From Camelus dromedarius (lineage: Eukaryota), in the NCBI RefSeq assembly GCF_036321535.1, contig NC_087438.1, forward strand, positions 9,922,001-9,986,000: a stretch of DNA of 64,000 nt, in the 5' to 3' direction. The notes under the pieces are model-generated. The model was given only the letters and a program-made list of their open reading frames with translations. It had not been told where the DNA came from and did not search any database. Position numbers and translations under genes: made by a program. Below, piece after piece: positions 1 through 12,695 of this stretch (the stretch's first letter is position 1; every line of letters begins with the position of its first letter).

Positions 1-10
1 GATTGGTCAC
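1..10 (-). CDS. DNAH5: DNAH5 exon 10, first 10 nt (cut by window edge)
   Basis: aattccag|GTG ACC AAT C = V-T-N-(Q), the expected continuation after ...SLFVK. Confidence 0.75.
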
Positions 11-174
11 CTGGAATTTCCCAAACAAACGATGTCAAGTACGTTAAGCAGCCATCGATCATAAATTGGGCTAGAGGGTCCTGACCTCTTCCACCTCTCA
101 GAGTGAACCATCTGTGAACCTGAACTTTGGATTTACTTTTGTCCACCACATCTATAATTAAGCAGTAGCCCATT

Positions 175-555
175 TTTTCCAGCTTTATTGAAGTATAATT
201 GACACAATGTGTGTATCTTTAAGATGTACAGCACGATGCTTGGTATACACACACGAGGTGAAATGATTAGCACAACCGAGTGCTAACGCATCCATCACCT
301 CGCATGATTACCATTTTGTGTGAGTGTGTGGGGAAAACCTTAAGATCCGTTCTCTTATCTCTTTCAGGGATATAGTGCAGTATTAACCACAGTCACCATG
401 CAGAAAACTAGATCCCTAGAACTTAGTCATCTTACAACTGAAAGTTTGTAGCCCTTGACAACATCTCCCCATTTCTCAACACTCCTCAGCCTCTGGTAAC
501 CACCCTTCTACCCCCTGCCTCTATTTGTTCAATTTTTTTTTAATTCTACACGTAT
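175..555 (-). mobile_element. Old L1 (L1M-type) 3' end
   Basis: Typical antisense L1 3'UTR phrases: ttattgaagtataattgaca, cagcctctggtaaccacc. Confidence 0.7.
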
Positions 556-2066
556 AGCATCAAAATCATTTGTAAAATCACAGAGTTAGAAGCACTATGG
601 AAAATCAATCATTCAGATGAATGTGTTTATGCATAATGAATGTCTTAACCAACCAAGAGAGGGGACTCCCTTCCCTACCTAAAAGCTGTTGAGAGCCTCC
701 CCGGTCTCCTTCAGCCTGCTCTCACATCCAACTCAACAGTTTCCAAGTGCCATGAACTACCCAGATCGTTTCATGACACCGTGATCGACAGCAGAAACGT
801 CAAAAGGAGAAGGCAATAGACAAAAGGGTGAAGATAACATATGTGACCCCTAACATTTTATTTATTCCTTCAAACTTTAAAAAAAAAATCTTCGGAATTT
901 TTTTGGTCATTTTGTTTGTAAATTAAAAGGAAAATTAGATGCCTGTGCTGTACGTATGGAACGACACAATGTCTGGGACTTGCGGCACAAAGGTTAAGTG
1001 AAACAAGATTGGCCACGTGTTGATAGCGAATGAATCTGGGTGATGTGTACATGGGGGTTCAGTATACAGTTCTGTTTCCTTTTGTACCTGCTTCAATTTT
1101 TCCATAAAGAAAGGTTTTTGAAAATGAGATAAATAGTGGTTTCACGATTTTCTCCTAAAATAAGACTTGCCAATAACATGCGTGAAACCTGGAATAATAA
1201 CACAAATTGACTTTTGAGGCTTCTAGTCAGAGAATAGCCCTCATGACCCTAACGTAATGTTAAAGTGTGAAAAAGGTGGGAAAGGGTCCAGCGGATTGTC
1301 CTCCTTTCTACCTGAATATGAGAGCAAAAGGAAGTTTCCGTCAAGTTCTCCAAGCTAGATGTCCCTATTCCCAGGAAGAATCATGCCTCCCACTGCATCA
1401 GTGTTTACAACACAAGTCCTGAAGAGCTGAAAATGCCTCTATTTGAAGACAACACTCAAAATTTTCGCCTTGGTAATGAAAAAGCCATCTTCTTCTTAGA
1501 GACTGTTCAAAATGGGAAAGGCAACGTGCTCACCAATAAACACTTACAAGTTAGGACATGAGGTTTAAACAGCATTATGCTTTTTGGCAGAATCATTATA
1601 ATTGCTTTATGGATTACTGGAACGTTGCAAGTGGCTTTTATTACCATGATTACTGTTCTAATAACACCAAGTAAACAACTGTGGCATCAAATAAATTTGG
1701 AACTGTGGCACATAAAATATGAAACTGAAGATAGCCAGTTAAATAGCTTTTCTTAATTAAAATTTACCCAATAGGAATAAATAATGTGCTAAATAACACA
1801 GGGAAAGAAATTCCAAAAAAAAATCTTTTTTTCATTTTTATTATATAAATAATACAATATTTATTATAATAATTACTTTGGGAAATAGTGTTTGTTTCAT
1901 GATTTGCTAGAATCAGCCTCCTATATACACTTACTTCTAGCTCTTTTGAGAGATTCAGCTTTTTTAAAAATTGTGGGGTACATAGACATTGGACTGTGCC
2001 AATTTGGTAATTTCTAACTGTCAAAAAATTAACCATTAGCAAAGAAATATAATGTTATGCACTTAC

Positions 2067-2174
2067 CTTTACAAACAGAGACGTGATCTTCTCAGAGGTG
2101 TTATAGTAATGAGAGATACTGTAGATCATTTTAATTGCATTTATAAGTGTAGGAATAGCATCAGTCATGGATAT
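2067..2174 (-). CDS. DNAH5: DNAH5 exon 9 (108 nt)
   Basis: Acceptor tcttccag|[39 protein letters not shown]; donor AAG|GTAAGT. Confidence 0.96.
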
Positions 2175-2836
2175 CTGGAAGACAGCACAGAAGTTTTCAG
2201 GAAAATAGGTATCAAATTCAGCAAAATTCTGATAGGCTGATCATTCCATCTGCATTAGGATAAACTTTAGGCAAAAGATTTTTATTTAAATTTTAAAATA
2301 TTATCTAACATTTTACATAAATATAATATATTTAGAGGTAATTTTATTTTTACCCTTTAGTCATAGACAAGTAAGCTTTGTTTCAATGCAAGAAACACTA
2401 ACTTTCTATTAATAGCAAGGAGGCTGTGTTAACAGTAATAAATAAAAACGGGCACTCCCTAGAGTTACATGATTGAAAAAAAAAAAAAAAAAACAGCTGA
2501 TGACTCTTTCCACAGTTGTTTGAGTTTAGTCCAGAATGTCAATTGCAATATTTAATGGAAAATGGACTGTGCAATAAATGTTTTTAAAATATAACGTTGC
2601 GTATCCATCTTAGATAGATAAATAGATGATAGATTGATAGAGATACATAAATACATAGAAATAGATGTGTGTGCGCACACACACACACACACACATAAAC
2701 TCTCTTGAGAATGAACAGATGTTTCTAAGATTTTCCCAACAGACTATAATATTTACAAACCAAAAAACTCCACACTCAAGTCAGCTAGTGTAAAAGGGTC
2801 ATCAGTAGACCAAGGGGATAGAAATCTCTAACTCAC

Positions 2837-2950
2837 AGGGTCACTACTGTACAAGGGGTCGCAGCACTTCTCAAGCGTGTACAAATATTTGACGTTGTCC
2901 TTTGCTTCATTAGCTGCATCAGTAATTCGAATATCCATCTCCCGCCAAGT
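2837..2950 (-). CDS. DNAH5: DNAH5 exon 8 (114 nt)
   Basis: Acceptor gcttag|[41 protein letters not shown] (EAKDNVKYL dynein motif); donor CCT|GTGAGT. Not present in the ORF track. Confidence 0.96.
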
Positions 2951-3269
2951 CTAAGCACAAGACAGCAAAGCAATGTTAATGCAATTATTGATACAGAAAC
3001 GTTCAATACAACAGCTGCTAAACGTCATCACAAGCCCTGGGGGTCAGACTCTCAGTCTGTCCTGTCCATCTCACATGAAACTGAATCCAGAGTGGTGAAG
3101 GGCATGACCACACTGAAGAGCAATGTTTTAATTTTGGCTAAATTTTTGACCGTATCTCTTCCAGGTCATCTCTTATGAAATCTATTGAATTGCTAAGACA
3201 GAGCATCAAGAGGCAACTCCTCCATTTAAACCTGTACCTCCTCTCCTCCACTGGCTGCTGGATCCAAAT

Positions 3270-3567
3270 GGCACCTCATTCCCGTATTTTCTATAGTAAA
3301 GAACTGAAAGAAACCTCTGGGCAGCCAGCAAGGAACTGAATCCTACAACAACCACATGAGCAACTTGGAAGCAGATCCTCCCCAGTCTGACCTTCAGATG
3401 AGTCAACACCCTCCCTGCAATCTCAGGAGAGATTCTGAGTCAGATGCTCCCAGCTAAGCTGCACCCAAATCTCTTCCTGGCCCACAGACCTTGAGATAAT
3501 AAATGTTTGTTGTTTCAGGTTGCTAAGTTTTGGAGTAGTTTGTTACACTGGATAGAGAACAAATACA
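3270..3567 (+). mobile_element. MaLR LTR (MLT1-type) fragment
   Basis: agcaaggaactgaatcc...gagataataaatgtttgttgttt...ctaagttttggagtagtttgttac. Confidence 0.75.
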
Positions 3568-3843
3568 CTAATGTATAACTCAATTGCTTTGCTGTACACA
3601 TGAAACTAACATTTTAAATCAACTATACTTCAATAAAAAATAAGAATTAAAAAAGGAAATATACTAGTGTTTAAAAAAAATAAGGTAAGTTCATTATTAC
3701 TACTCCTTGTTGGTCTGAATTCATAATATATATACAGTCACGTCATTATGTTACATCTTAATGACTTGCAATGCCCTCTAATAACATATATACATACTTA
3801 CACACCAGCCAACGAATACCTTTCATTCAAAGGCTATTTCCAT

Positions 3844-3995
3844 GATGGAGCGCATGCCTAGCATTCACAAGGTCCTGGGTTCAATCCCCAGTACCTTCTC
3901 TAAAAATAAATGAACCTTATTACCTCCCCCTCTGCCAAAATGAAATAAATAATATAATTTTTAAAAAACACACCACAAAACTAAATAAATTTTAA
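3844..3995 (+). mobile_element. tRNA-derived SINE (Vic-1-like), 5'-truncated
   Basis: B-box GGTTCAATCCC, A-rich tail, TSD aaag(g/t)ctatttccat at 3829-3843 and 3996-4010. Confidence 0.8.
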
Positions 3996-4152
3996 AAAGT
4001 CTATTTCCATAGCATCCAAAATTATAAAAGGGCAATATTATCCAATCTTAAAGTTTTTTTCATAAAGGCAGAGTAACATTTTTCTGTTCCTAATTACCCT
4101 ACGGGTTCTGCATAGAGGATTTTCATCCCTACTTCACAAAGCAAAAAGCAAC

Positions 4153-4329
4153 CTTCAGAAGTTTCGACTTGGCGGCAGCAAGCACTGCCAACACAGCCTT
4201 CACATCTGGGCTCTTCAATTGATCCAAAAGGTAGTTAAATTTAGATAGTCTTTTTTTCCAGTGCTCCAATTCTGCTCGCGGCCCAAGGTCATCCGCTTCC
4301 TTCCGCAGCTGGTTGTTTTCAGCAAGAAC
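4153..4329 (-). CDS. DNAH5: DNAH5 exon 7 (177 nt)
   Basis: Acceptor ctttacag|[62 protein letters not shown], containing the GP.AELEHW motif of the dynein N-terminal region; donor AAG|GTTGCT. Confidence 0.95.
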
Positions 4330-5072
4330 CTGTAAAGGCACAGGAGAATCATGAACCAAGGAGCAGGGTTGGAGATACGGAAGTGATACATAAGAAGGAC
4401 AAAAGGAAATAAGTAAATGATGCTATCTGAACCAGGATATATTTGTATTCATTTGCATGCTTCGCATGACAGGCTTTTACTAACCTAACATGTATCCACT
4501 TTTTAAATTTCAACATTCTAACTGAAAACAACCTGTTTAAGGAGCTTTAACGAACTTTTGAAAGGCCTGACCTAAGCAAGTTTCCTTGGCTATTCACTTA
4601 CAGCCTTGGAGCCCCCATGCCTTCAGTTGGTCAATTTCCACTGTGCTTACTTACTGATGTAATGTCCACTCTCACTTGGGACTTTTCTGAAAATATTTTT
4701 TTAAAGGTTAAGTCTCAAGCTTTGTTTTGGAGGACACACTGAAACCGAAAGCTCCTTGTACTTCTGCAGAGATTCTCTCCAAAGTAACTTATACTTTGAG
4801 AAAATAATCAGTCAAGGACAGTCTTCTGTTATATAAGAATATAAAGTCATTTATTTTCATCTCCTAGAATTCTTATTATCTCTTCTTAACTAATGCCTAT
4901 GAATTAAAATTGCATTGACCCTTTCCCCTTTTTAGGGACTTGTGGTAAAATACGGAGACAAATAGGAACAGGATGTGATATACCTTCTTCCACTGGCTGG
5001 CTCAGTAATGTGGCATCTGAACTAGTCGGTGTTAAGACAGCTAGTTTCTGGTGCTTGGTTGCTGAAACTTAC

Positions 5073-5210
5073 CTGTTCTGCCTGCTTGATCCATACTTTC
5101 ATACAGCCTTCTATTCTTTCCAAAGTCTCAGGGTTATTAGCCAGAGTCAGGTAGTCGATCGGTTCCTTTAAGGTTTTCAGTTCCAATATGTCACACTTTT
5201 GAAGGTTCAC
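5073..5210 (-). CDS. DNAH5: DNAH5 exon 6 (138 nt)
   Basis: Acceptor ttttaattag|[49 protein letters not shown]; donor CAG|GTAAGT. Confidence 0.96.
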
Positions 5211-5386
5211 CTAATTAAAATGAAAGTTAAATAAGATGATGCTATTTTAACACATGCACGCACGCATGCACACGCACACACACGCACACACACTTTGGGC
5301 TGATTGACAGGCTGAGAAGGATCTTAGGGGATCCTCTAATCTAACCTACCCTGCTCCCTGAGGAAGATGCATGAAGGACCTGACAT

Positions 5387-5492
5387 GCTGCCCGAACCTC
5401 CCCAGACCCTGAGCTGCCCGAACCTCCCCAGACCCTGAGCTGCCCGAACCTCCCCAGACCCTGAGCTGCCCGAACCTCCCCAGACCCTGAGC
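5387..5492. repeat. Minisatellite, 26-bp unit x4 (perfect)
   Basis: GCTGCCCGAACCTCCCCAGACCCTGA repeated four times head to tail. Confidence 0.97.
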
Positions 5493-6118
5493 ACACAGCT
5501 AGAAATGATTGGCTCTGATGTCAAATTTTGGGTCAAAAAATAACAACAGTAAACTAGAGAGGGAGAGAGAGAGAGAGAGAGATCTAACATCACGGAATTT
5601 GGGGATTAATATGGAACTTGGGAAATTGAAGAGTCAACTCACGAAGCCAAAGAAAGTGGGGGGCTTCAAAAGAACTGATTTAAGGGAGGGGTAAGTTCTA
5701 ATCTATCGCGTTCTTTTTTGAAACTAACCAGAGGAAAAACTCTCATGTCCTTACCTCCCAAATCCTTATAGTCAGCAAGTGCAATGGCAGAAACACAGAT
5801 TCATTTCCAGAATGAAGGGAAGAGAGGCATAGGAAAGGATATGCATTGGATTTTGATGTGACAAAGAAACCTAGTATATTTTTAAACACACACAACCCAA
5901 AAGGACTTCGACATTCGATAAGAACATTTTCCTTCTGGTACAGGTGCACCTGGCCCTGTGAATCTCTAAATTCAGATCTCAGGCCCTCCTCCACACTGGA
6001 CCTTTTTTTAATACCTCTACCACAGTATGAAGTGGAACCACATGAAACCACTGCTTTTTTCAGTCAAATAACTATTTAAGCTGGTTCAACCTGCATTTAG
6101 TATGGCCTGCATGATCGC

Positions 6119-6146
6119 TATATATATATATATACGTATGTATGTA

Positions 6147-6183
<37 letters not shown>

Positions 6184-6194
6184 ATATATATGTA
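6119..6194. repeat. Compound microsatellite (TA)n(TATG)n(TG)n
   Basis: Read directly. Confidence 0.95.
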
Positions 6195-6638
6195 TCTCAG
6201 AGGTTAGCTAGAATCATTCTGCCCCTTTCTGGATAAAATTCACTCAACTTCCCCATTCTACATCCTTTAGAAAGCATAGTACCTTCCTCCCTCCCAATAT
6301 CCCAACAGGTCCCAAAAGCTCTCAGTATTCCCTGGAGAGCAGTGAGTGTTACATCATCATTGGTCTCATGGAATCCACCCTTTCTCTCCCACTCATGCCT
6401 GATCTAGGTGGTCATCTATCATGGTTTTCCACCCACCATCCTCTACCCCAAGCAATCACTAACACAGGCTTACTGTAGACGGCACAAAGTCTATGGAAGC
6501 TAAACCCCACAAATGCCAAAGTTATTCTTAAAGGCCCTTTTGGTCACTGGCTGGACCACAGGTCCTGACCCACTCTCTCCAGATGTCAGTTCTTCTCCAC
6601 CTCTTCAGGATTTCCTTCCCCCTCCCCACCCACCCACC

Positions 6639-6640
6639 CG

Positions 6641-6671
<31 letters not shown>
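6639..6671. repeat. (CG)5(CA)11 microsatellite
   Basis: Read directly. Confidence 0.95.
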
Positions 6672-6672
<1 letters not shown>

Positions 6673-7005
6673 CTGGCTCCAGGTTCCTTTCCCTCCAGGC
6701 TGCAGAGCAACACCACAAGCACTTCACACTCTTCTCTTTGCAGCCCAGCCCCTGACATGGCAGAGCAAATCCCTCCATCCCAGCCAACATTTCTACGGAG
6801 CCCCAAACTCATTCATCACTCCAAACTATAGGAATTTAAATCTAGTGAGCACCACATGTTGAGGGGCCAATAAAAACGCTCACAGATTTTTTCCAAGATT
6901 TGCAAGGCAGTGGAATCAAGACCATCTGAGAGAAGCACGACCCACTTATATGTTGATCTGTTCACTGTCCAATAATTTTTGAAGCAACAACATCTTTATT
7001 CATAC

Positions 7006-7227
7006 CTTCTCCTTCAAACTCTCCTGAGCACCCGACAGGACGTTCACAAAGCCTTCCAGAGAGCCCAGGAACTCCTGGCGAATACTGGCTGCTTCCGGAA
7101 GCCCCTCGAGCTCGCCCCAGCCGTGGCTCGTGGCTCTGAGAGCAGGAATGAAGATGTCGGACAGCAAACGTCTCACGCTGTTAAGCAGGCCCCCATCTGC
7201 GGTGTCTAACACATTGAAGCTCACCTC
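7006..7227 (-). CDS. DNAH5: DNAH5 exon 5 (222 nt)
   Basis: Acceptor ttttccag|[36 protein letters not shown]...[10 protein letters not shown]; donor AAG|GTATGA. Confidence 0.96.
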
Positions 7228-7326
7228 CTGGAAAACGATTGGGAGAACATTTACTATAAAAATGATCCTCAACTGCAGCGTAACTCCTGAGTCATTTCTG
7301 CATGACGTTCATTAACTATATGTCCT

Positions 7327-7878
7327 GTGGGCGTAAATGAAGACCAACCGCATGAGAAGCAAAGCAAAGGTTGTTTATTCAGAGCAAGACTCTATTCCTT
7401 GCAATAGCAAGGGAGTCGGCCACCATCACCTGCATTTCGGCAGAGACTCAAAGGCAGCGGGAGGAGTGGGAAAGCTTCCTAGTGGAGAAAAGGGAGGCAC
7501 CGAGGTGCCCTGATGGGAGGCTGTTGGCCTGGGGAAGCTGGAGGCAGGCTAACGAGAAGCAGGGCATCCTATGTGATGGGTTAATGGTGAAGATTTGGCT
7601 TTCTCTGGTTGGTCCCAATAAAGTTGTTGAAAGTATGGACAAAAATGAAGGAGGCTGGCAGTCATGAATCAAGTCCTGGGCATTCTGACCAACTGATACA
7701 GAGTTATTGTTTCATTTCCCAGCTGGCTTCCTACCTGGCTAACACAGCAGGCTGGCTACCTATGTTGTTTATTGCAGGTAAGGAGGTTGATTTCCTGGGC
7801 AGGTTGCTGAAGGTTGTGCATCAAAGTTCTATCTGTAGATGGTCTGACCCTTGTCTGTGTGTATATTCAGTCTTTCAA
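7327..7878 (-). mobile_element. ERV1-type solo LTR
   Basis: TG...CA ends, antisense AATAAA (tttatt near 7374), composition differs from the flanking intron. Confidence 0.55.
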
Positions 7879-8073
7879 TTCAGTAAATTATTTTGATATT
7901 TAGTTAAGACATAAGCTTTATACTATTCTAAATTACAATCATCGAAATAAAAGCATGAAATAAACAGAACACAAGGACGTTTACCAGTTTATTTGCTCCA
8001 AGCAGGTAACACACCCATTGAGGGCAGAGAAGACTTGTCCACATGCACTTTATTTTGCAGAAAAAATAAAATT

Positions 8074-8318
8074 ACAGAGTTGACCTTGAGCAACACAGGG
8101 GTTATGGCCTCCCACCCTCCGCCCAGTCAGAAAATCCGAGTGTAACTTAAAGTTGGCTATCCATATCTACAGTTCCTTACCTCTGGTCCCGCTTCCTCAG
8201 ATTCAACCAACCACGAAACATATAGTACTGCAGTATTTATTATTAAAAAAAAAAAAAAACCCATGTATAAATGGACCCGTGCAGTTCAAACCTGTGTTGT
8301 TCAAGGCTATATCCACTT
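8074..8318. mobile_element. Tigger2-like MITE (Tc1/mariner)
   Basis: Imperfect terminal inverted repeats ccttgagcaacacagg and cctgtgttgttcaagg. Confidence 0.7.
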
Positions 8319-8631
8319 TAATAGATCTTATTTTAAATGTATGAAATTTACCATTAAGTAAATTACATATGGGGGAATTCTTTTTAAAAGGAAAGACCTG
8401 TTTTACAGACACACACAATGCTATATAAAATTGTCAATAAATTGGATATTAAGTCCTTTTAACAGATTTCAAGGAAATGTCCTCTTAGCTGTTTAAGTGC
8501 TTGTAACACACTTCTTCGAAAGCAGTTTTAAATATTTAATGAAGAGAATGGTTGTCTCCATAGGGAGGGATTTTTTGGTAGACTGTGTGATTTGGGGTAA
8601 TTCGGGATGAAGGACTGCTGCTGCCTCTTAC

Positions 8632-8792
8632 CTGGTGGATGTTCTCAGGGGTGATGGCTCTGGAAGGGTTGGTTCGGATGAAGAACACACAAACCCCAGT
8701 AAGAGCAACATCTTTTCCCTCGGTCACAAACACCTTAGGTTTTTTCACCTTTCCAGAAATAGGATTGGCTCCTCCTGGAGAGCCGAGTTGTC
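8632..8792 (-). CDS. DNAH5: DNAH5 exon 4 (161 nt)
   Basis: Acceptor ttgtag|[55 protein letters not shown]; donor CAG|GTAAGA. Confidence 0.95.
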
Positions 8793-9389
8793 CTACAATG
8801 CAAAAGAATTTGTTTTACAAACTGTTTACAGTCCATGTGGTCACCTCTTCGAATTAAGTTTCCTTGTTAAACACTGTCATGTTGACTTTTCCATGTGCCC
8901 TAGAAACTCCACCACCTGGACAACCTCTAACCTGAGCCCTGAAGGGATCTAAAAAGGTCTGCGTTTTCATGGTGATCATTTTGTGATGTATAAAGTATCA
9001 ACTCACCATGTTGTACACCTGAAACTAACATAATATTGCAAGTCAATTGTATGTCAATAAAAAATAAATAAAGAATAATAAATAAAAGGATCTGCTTGAT
9101 TCCAGATCACAGGTTCATTTCAAAATTATTGTTCTAGGAAAAAACAGGAATGGAAGGAGCAGGAATAAGAGTTTGGTCCAGAGCAGATTCTTGCTAGAGC
9201 TACAAAGTCATCATTCATGGGGGCAGTGAGAAAGGGTGAGGGAGGAGACAGGATCTACCAGCATGTGTCGTGTGCCAGGCCCTGTGCTTGGTACCATGTC
9301 TGCATTACTCAAACTCCCTACAACCCTGAAGGCAGCTGTGACCCGGCCCCAAGTCACAGCCAACAGAGTCGAGATCAAAAACCAGTTCT

Positions 9390-9546
9390 TCTTCTTTTTT
9401 TTTTTTTTTTTTTTTTGTATTATTATTTTTTTGGCAGGGGAAGGCAATTAGGTTTTTTATTTATTTTTCGAGGAGGTACTGGGGATTGAACCCAGGACCT
9501 CATGCATGCTAAGCATAAGCTCTACCGCTTGAGCTATACCCTCCTG
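9390..9546 (-). mobile_element. tRNA-derived SINE (Vic-1-like)
   Basis: Reverse complement of GGTATAGCTCAAGCGGTAGAGC...GGTTCAATCCCCAGTACC, poly(T) on the + strand, imperfect TSD caaaaa(c/ga)cagttct. Confidence 0.85.
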
Positions 9547-9639
9547 CCAAAAAGACAGTTCTGACTACAGAACTCCAGCACCTCCACTCCTGCTGTTGTG
9601 GTCTTGCTGGTCCTAGAGGCAGGAGAGAATGGAGGCAGG

Positions 9640-9770
9640 ACGGCAGTGATGAGTGATGTGGGCTCTACAGGCAGACACCCCGGACTTCCATCTCATGCTG
9701 CACTTCCTAGCCACGTGACCTGAGTGAGTTACTTAATCTTTCTGTGCCTCAGTCCTCTCATCTGAGCCAG
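9640..9770. mobile_element. MIR fragment
   Basis: Core gtgacctgagtgagttacttaatctttctgtgcctcagtcctctcatctg. Confidence 0.7.
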
Positions 9771-11229
9771 GCCCAGAGAATCCAGGTCAGCCAGCTCATG
9801 GCAGGTGCCAGTCAAGGAAAAGCTCTGCTGCCATCTCTTACCCCTTGTCTCTGCCCTGCTTCAAGCCCGACACCGTCAGAAACTGGGGTTAACATGATGG
9901 GAGCAAGGGGCTGAAGGGTAAGTTGAGGGAGAAAAGGAGAACCATGGGCCCCTCTCCCACCGAAAATGTCGAATTTCCGAGGCCTCTGCTGCCAGCGAGT
10001 GGGGGATGCAAGGAAGAGGAAGGACCAAGATTGGAGAAGATTTAACTTTAGATCAACTAGTTTTGACAAATTGTGTATTTTTAGTTCTGAATTGGATGAT
10101 GTTTGTAACTATAAGCAACCATAGGAACTTTTCCTATCTAAGAGCGTCCAGAAAAGTCATGGGATTGTCATAATTTCAATCCAAGGTTAGAAAAAAAGCT
10201 ACTCCTACTGAGAAGGTTTAGAGAAAGAGAAGGAAACAAAAACAAGCTTGCGTGTGTGTTTACACCCCACAAACCCTTCTTATTCGATGTAAGATTTACA
10301 CCTAAAGGCCAGCTTCCCCCGGTGCACAGTTCATGAGTGAAGGTAACATTCACCTGACCTTATGTTTTGCAATCTGGGATAGAACTGAAAATTTCTGTCT
10401 TGTTTTGATTTTTCACTCAAAATGTAATGCCCTTTCTGACCACAAAATATCAAATGGATAATTTGGGGAAAATGCCAGTCACTTTGAGTAAGCATGCATG
10501 ATTTCCTCCATTTTCAAACAAAAAAGCATGGTCATTCTCTACGCCAAGGGCAATAACTATTTTCCCTTTCTTCAGAAAGGGCATAAAAGGACTGCACATG
10601 ATATTTTAATATAATCACAACATATCTGTTTATGTCCCTAGTTTGGCTTTAAAATTATATTAATTCACATAAAAGTAGAATGGTATATGCCAGTTGAATC
10701 CGCATAAAGATTTGCAAGTTTCCCATAAATGAAAATGACTAAACTTGTCATTCAATATTATTCATTTGAATCACAGTCAGTAGAAAATAAACATGATGTG
10801 ATATTTAACTGGAAAATTCCTGTTATGCTTACTGCCAACACTTTCTATGTTAAAAAGAAATAGAGAAGAAACAGCTGCCCAAAAGAAGTTCCAGAACATA
10901 ACTGCATAGAATGAACGAACACATAAGAAAAGGAAGGCTCAAAACGTACATTATTTTATTATCTCCAATTACAGCACAGCCTGAAAAGGAAAACAAAATA
11001 GCCCAAATAAAGTTAGACCAATCAGGCTAAATACCCACCATTATCTGCCCTTTGCTTGAGATGAAAACAGAACCCATTCCACTGGGCCTCACCCACCACA
11101 CCTTACTACTCCCACCTGCCCCACCTCCCAGGTAGAAGCGGCCAGTTCTCACAGTGCCTTCTGCGTCACGTCATGCGTGGATAAATCCAAGAACACGTGT
11201 CTGGGTTACGTCACATTATGTTTGCATAC

Positions 11230-11314
11230 CTGTTTCTGCCACCTCCACATCCTGATAGTAAAACATGAGGTGGCGGAGACCTCCAACAGCAAAAAGCTGG
11301 TCAATTCTTTCAAT
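11230..11314 (-). CDS. DNAH5: DNAH5 exon 3 (85 nt)
   Basis: Acceptor ccccag|[31 protein letters not shown](G); donor CAG|GTATGC, phase 1. Confidence 0.95.
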
Positions 11315-11727
11315 CTGGGGGCACAAAAGGGCCAGGGTGAATTAGAAACCACATTTAAATCAGCACTGATTGTCTTCTTTCTTATTCAGATAGGACTGAC
11401 ACTCACGCAAACCATGTAGAAGGGGTCATATTTTTTAACACGAAAATCATGAAAGAATAAACATCTTACTTAATTTTAGTAAAGATTCAATTCAAAGAAG
11501 TAATTTGATTAATCATAAAAATATTTGCTACATACACACATTTGAAAAGAGATTGTCCCTCCATGTTTGCTAATTTCCTAAAGTGTTCAACTGCTAAAGA
11601 CAGGTATAAATACAGACGAGTATTTCATTTTCACCCAACTGCAGATCAGAAAGCGAGAACAAACCTTTCAAAATCCAGTCTAACACACTGCAGATAAGTA
11701 ATATTAAACTGCCATGACGAGAGCATG

Positions 11728-11873
11728 TATGACTACAGAGAACTCCATCCTAAAGCAACTTGGTCCCACCCATGGGGTTCACTGTATGTGCAGAGGTAAC
11801 ACCTATGACTACGGAGCACTCCATCCTAAAGCAACTTGGTCCCACCCATGGGGTTCACGGTACGTGCAGAGGT
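11728..11873. repeat. Tandem duplication, 76-bp period, about 1.9 copies
   Basis: tatgactac...gtgcagaggt starts at 11728 and 11804; four mismatches over 70 bp. Confidence 0.95.
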
Positions 11874-11959
11874 CTGCCATCCGGCCTGCTACCAATAGAA
11901 GCGATTCTTTAAAACAGTCAATAGCAAAATTCTGAACTCAAATGGGAAGAAAAAATGAT

Positions 11960-12695
11960 AAAACCTACATAGCCGTTGGGATGGCTACTGTCAATAAACC
12001 AAAAGACAATAAATGTTGGTGACAATGTGGAGAAACTGGAACTCCTGTGCACTGTCAGTGGGAATGTGAAATGGTGCGGCTGCTGGGGGAAACAGTGTGG
12101 CAGTTCCTCAAAAAATTAAAAGTAGAATTATTATATGATCCAGCCATTCTGCATCTAGGTATATACCCAAAAAAACTGAAAGCAGGATGGTGAAGAGGTA
12201 TTTGGGCATCCATGTTCAAAGCAGCACCATTTAGAGTAGCCAAAAGGTGGAAGCAGCCCAGCTATTCACTGATTGATGGATAAATAAATAAAATGTAGGA
12301 TATACATATGATGAAATATTATTCAGCCTCAAAACATTTTTGACACACTGACACATGTTATAACATTGATGAACATTGAAGACATCTTGAGAAGTGAAAT
12401 AAGCCAGCCACAAAAAAGCAAATACTGTATAATTACATGTTTATGATGTATCTAAAGTAGCCAAATTGATAGAGACAGAAAGTAGAATGGTGACTGACAG
12501 AGGCTGGAGAAAGCGGAGAATGGGGAGTTGTGGTTTAAAGGATACAGTTTCAGTTTTGCAAGATCAAAAGAGTGTTGTAGATTGGTTGCACAATAATGTG
12601 AATGTACTTAACATTACTGAACGGTACAATTAAGAAATGACTAAGGTGATAAATTTTACGTGCATTTTATGGCAATTTAAAACAAAAAAATTTTA
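11960..12695 (+). mobile_element. L1M (L1MA/MB-type) ORF2 end and 3'UTR
   Basis: atatgatccagccattctgcatctaggtatatacccaaa; gtgaaataagccagccacaaaaa; A-rich end. Confidence 0.85.

Noticed and set aside
5387..5492. Direct repeats of CRISPR-like length (26 bp)
   Set aside because: No spacers, head-to-tail units, mammalian intron, no cas genes; it is a minisatellite.
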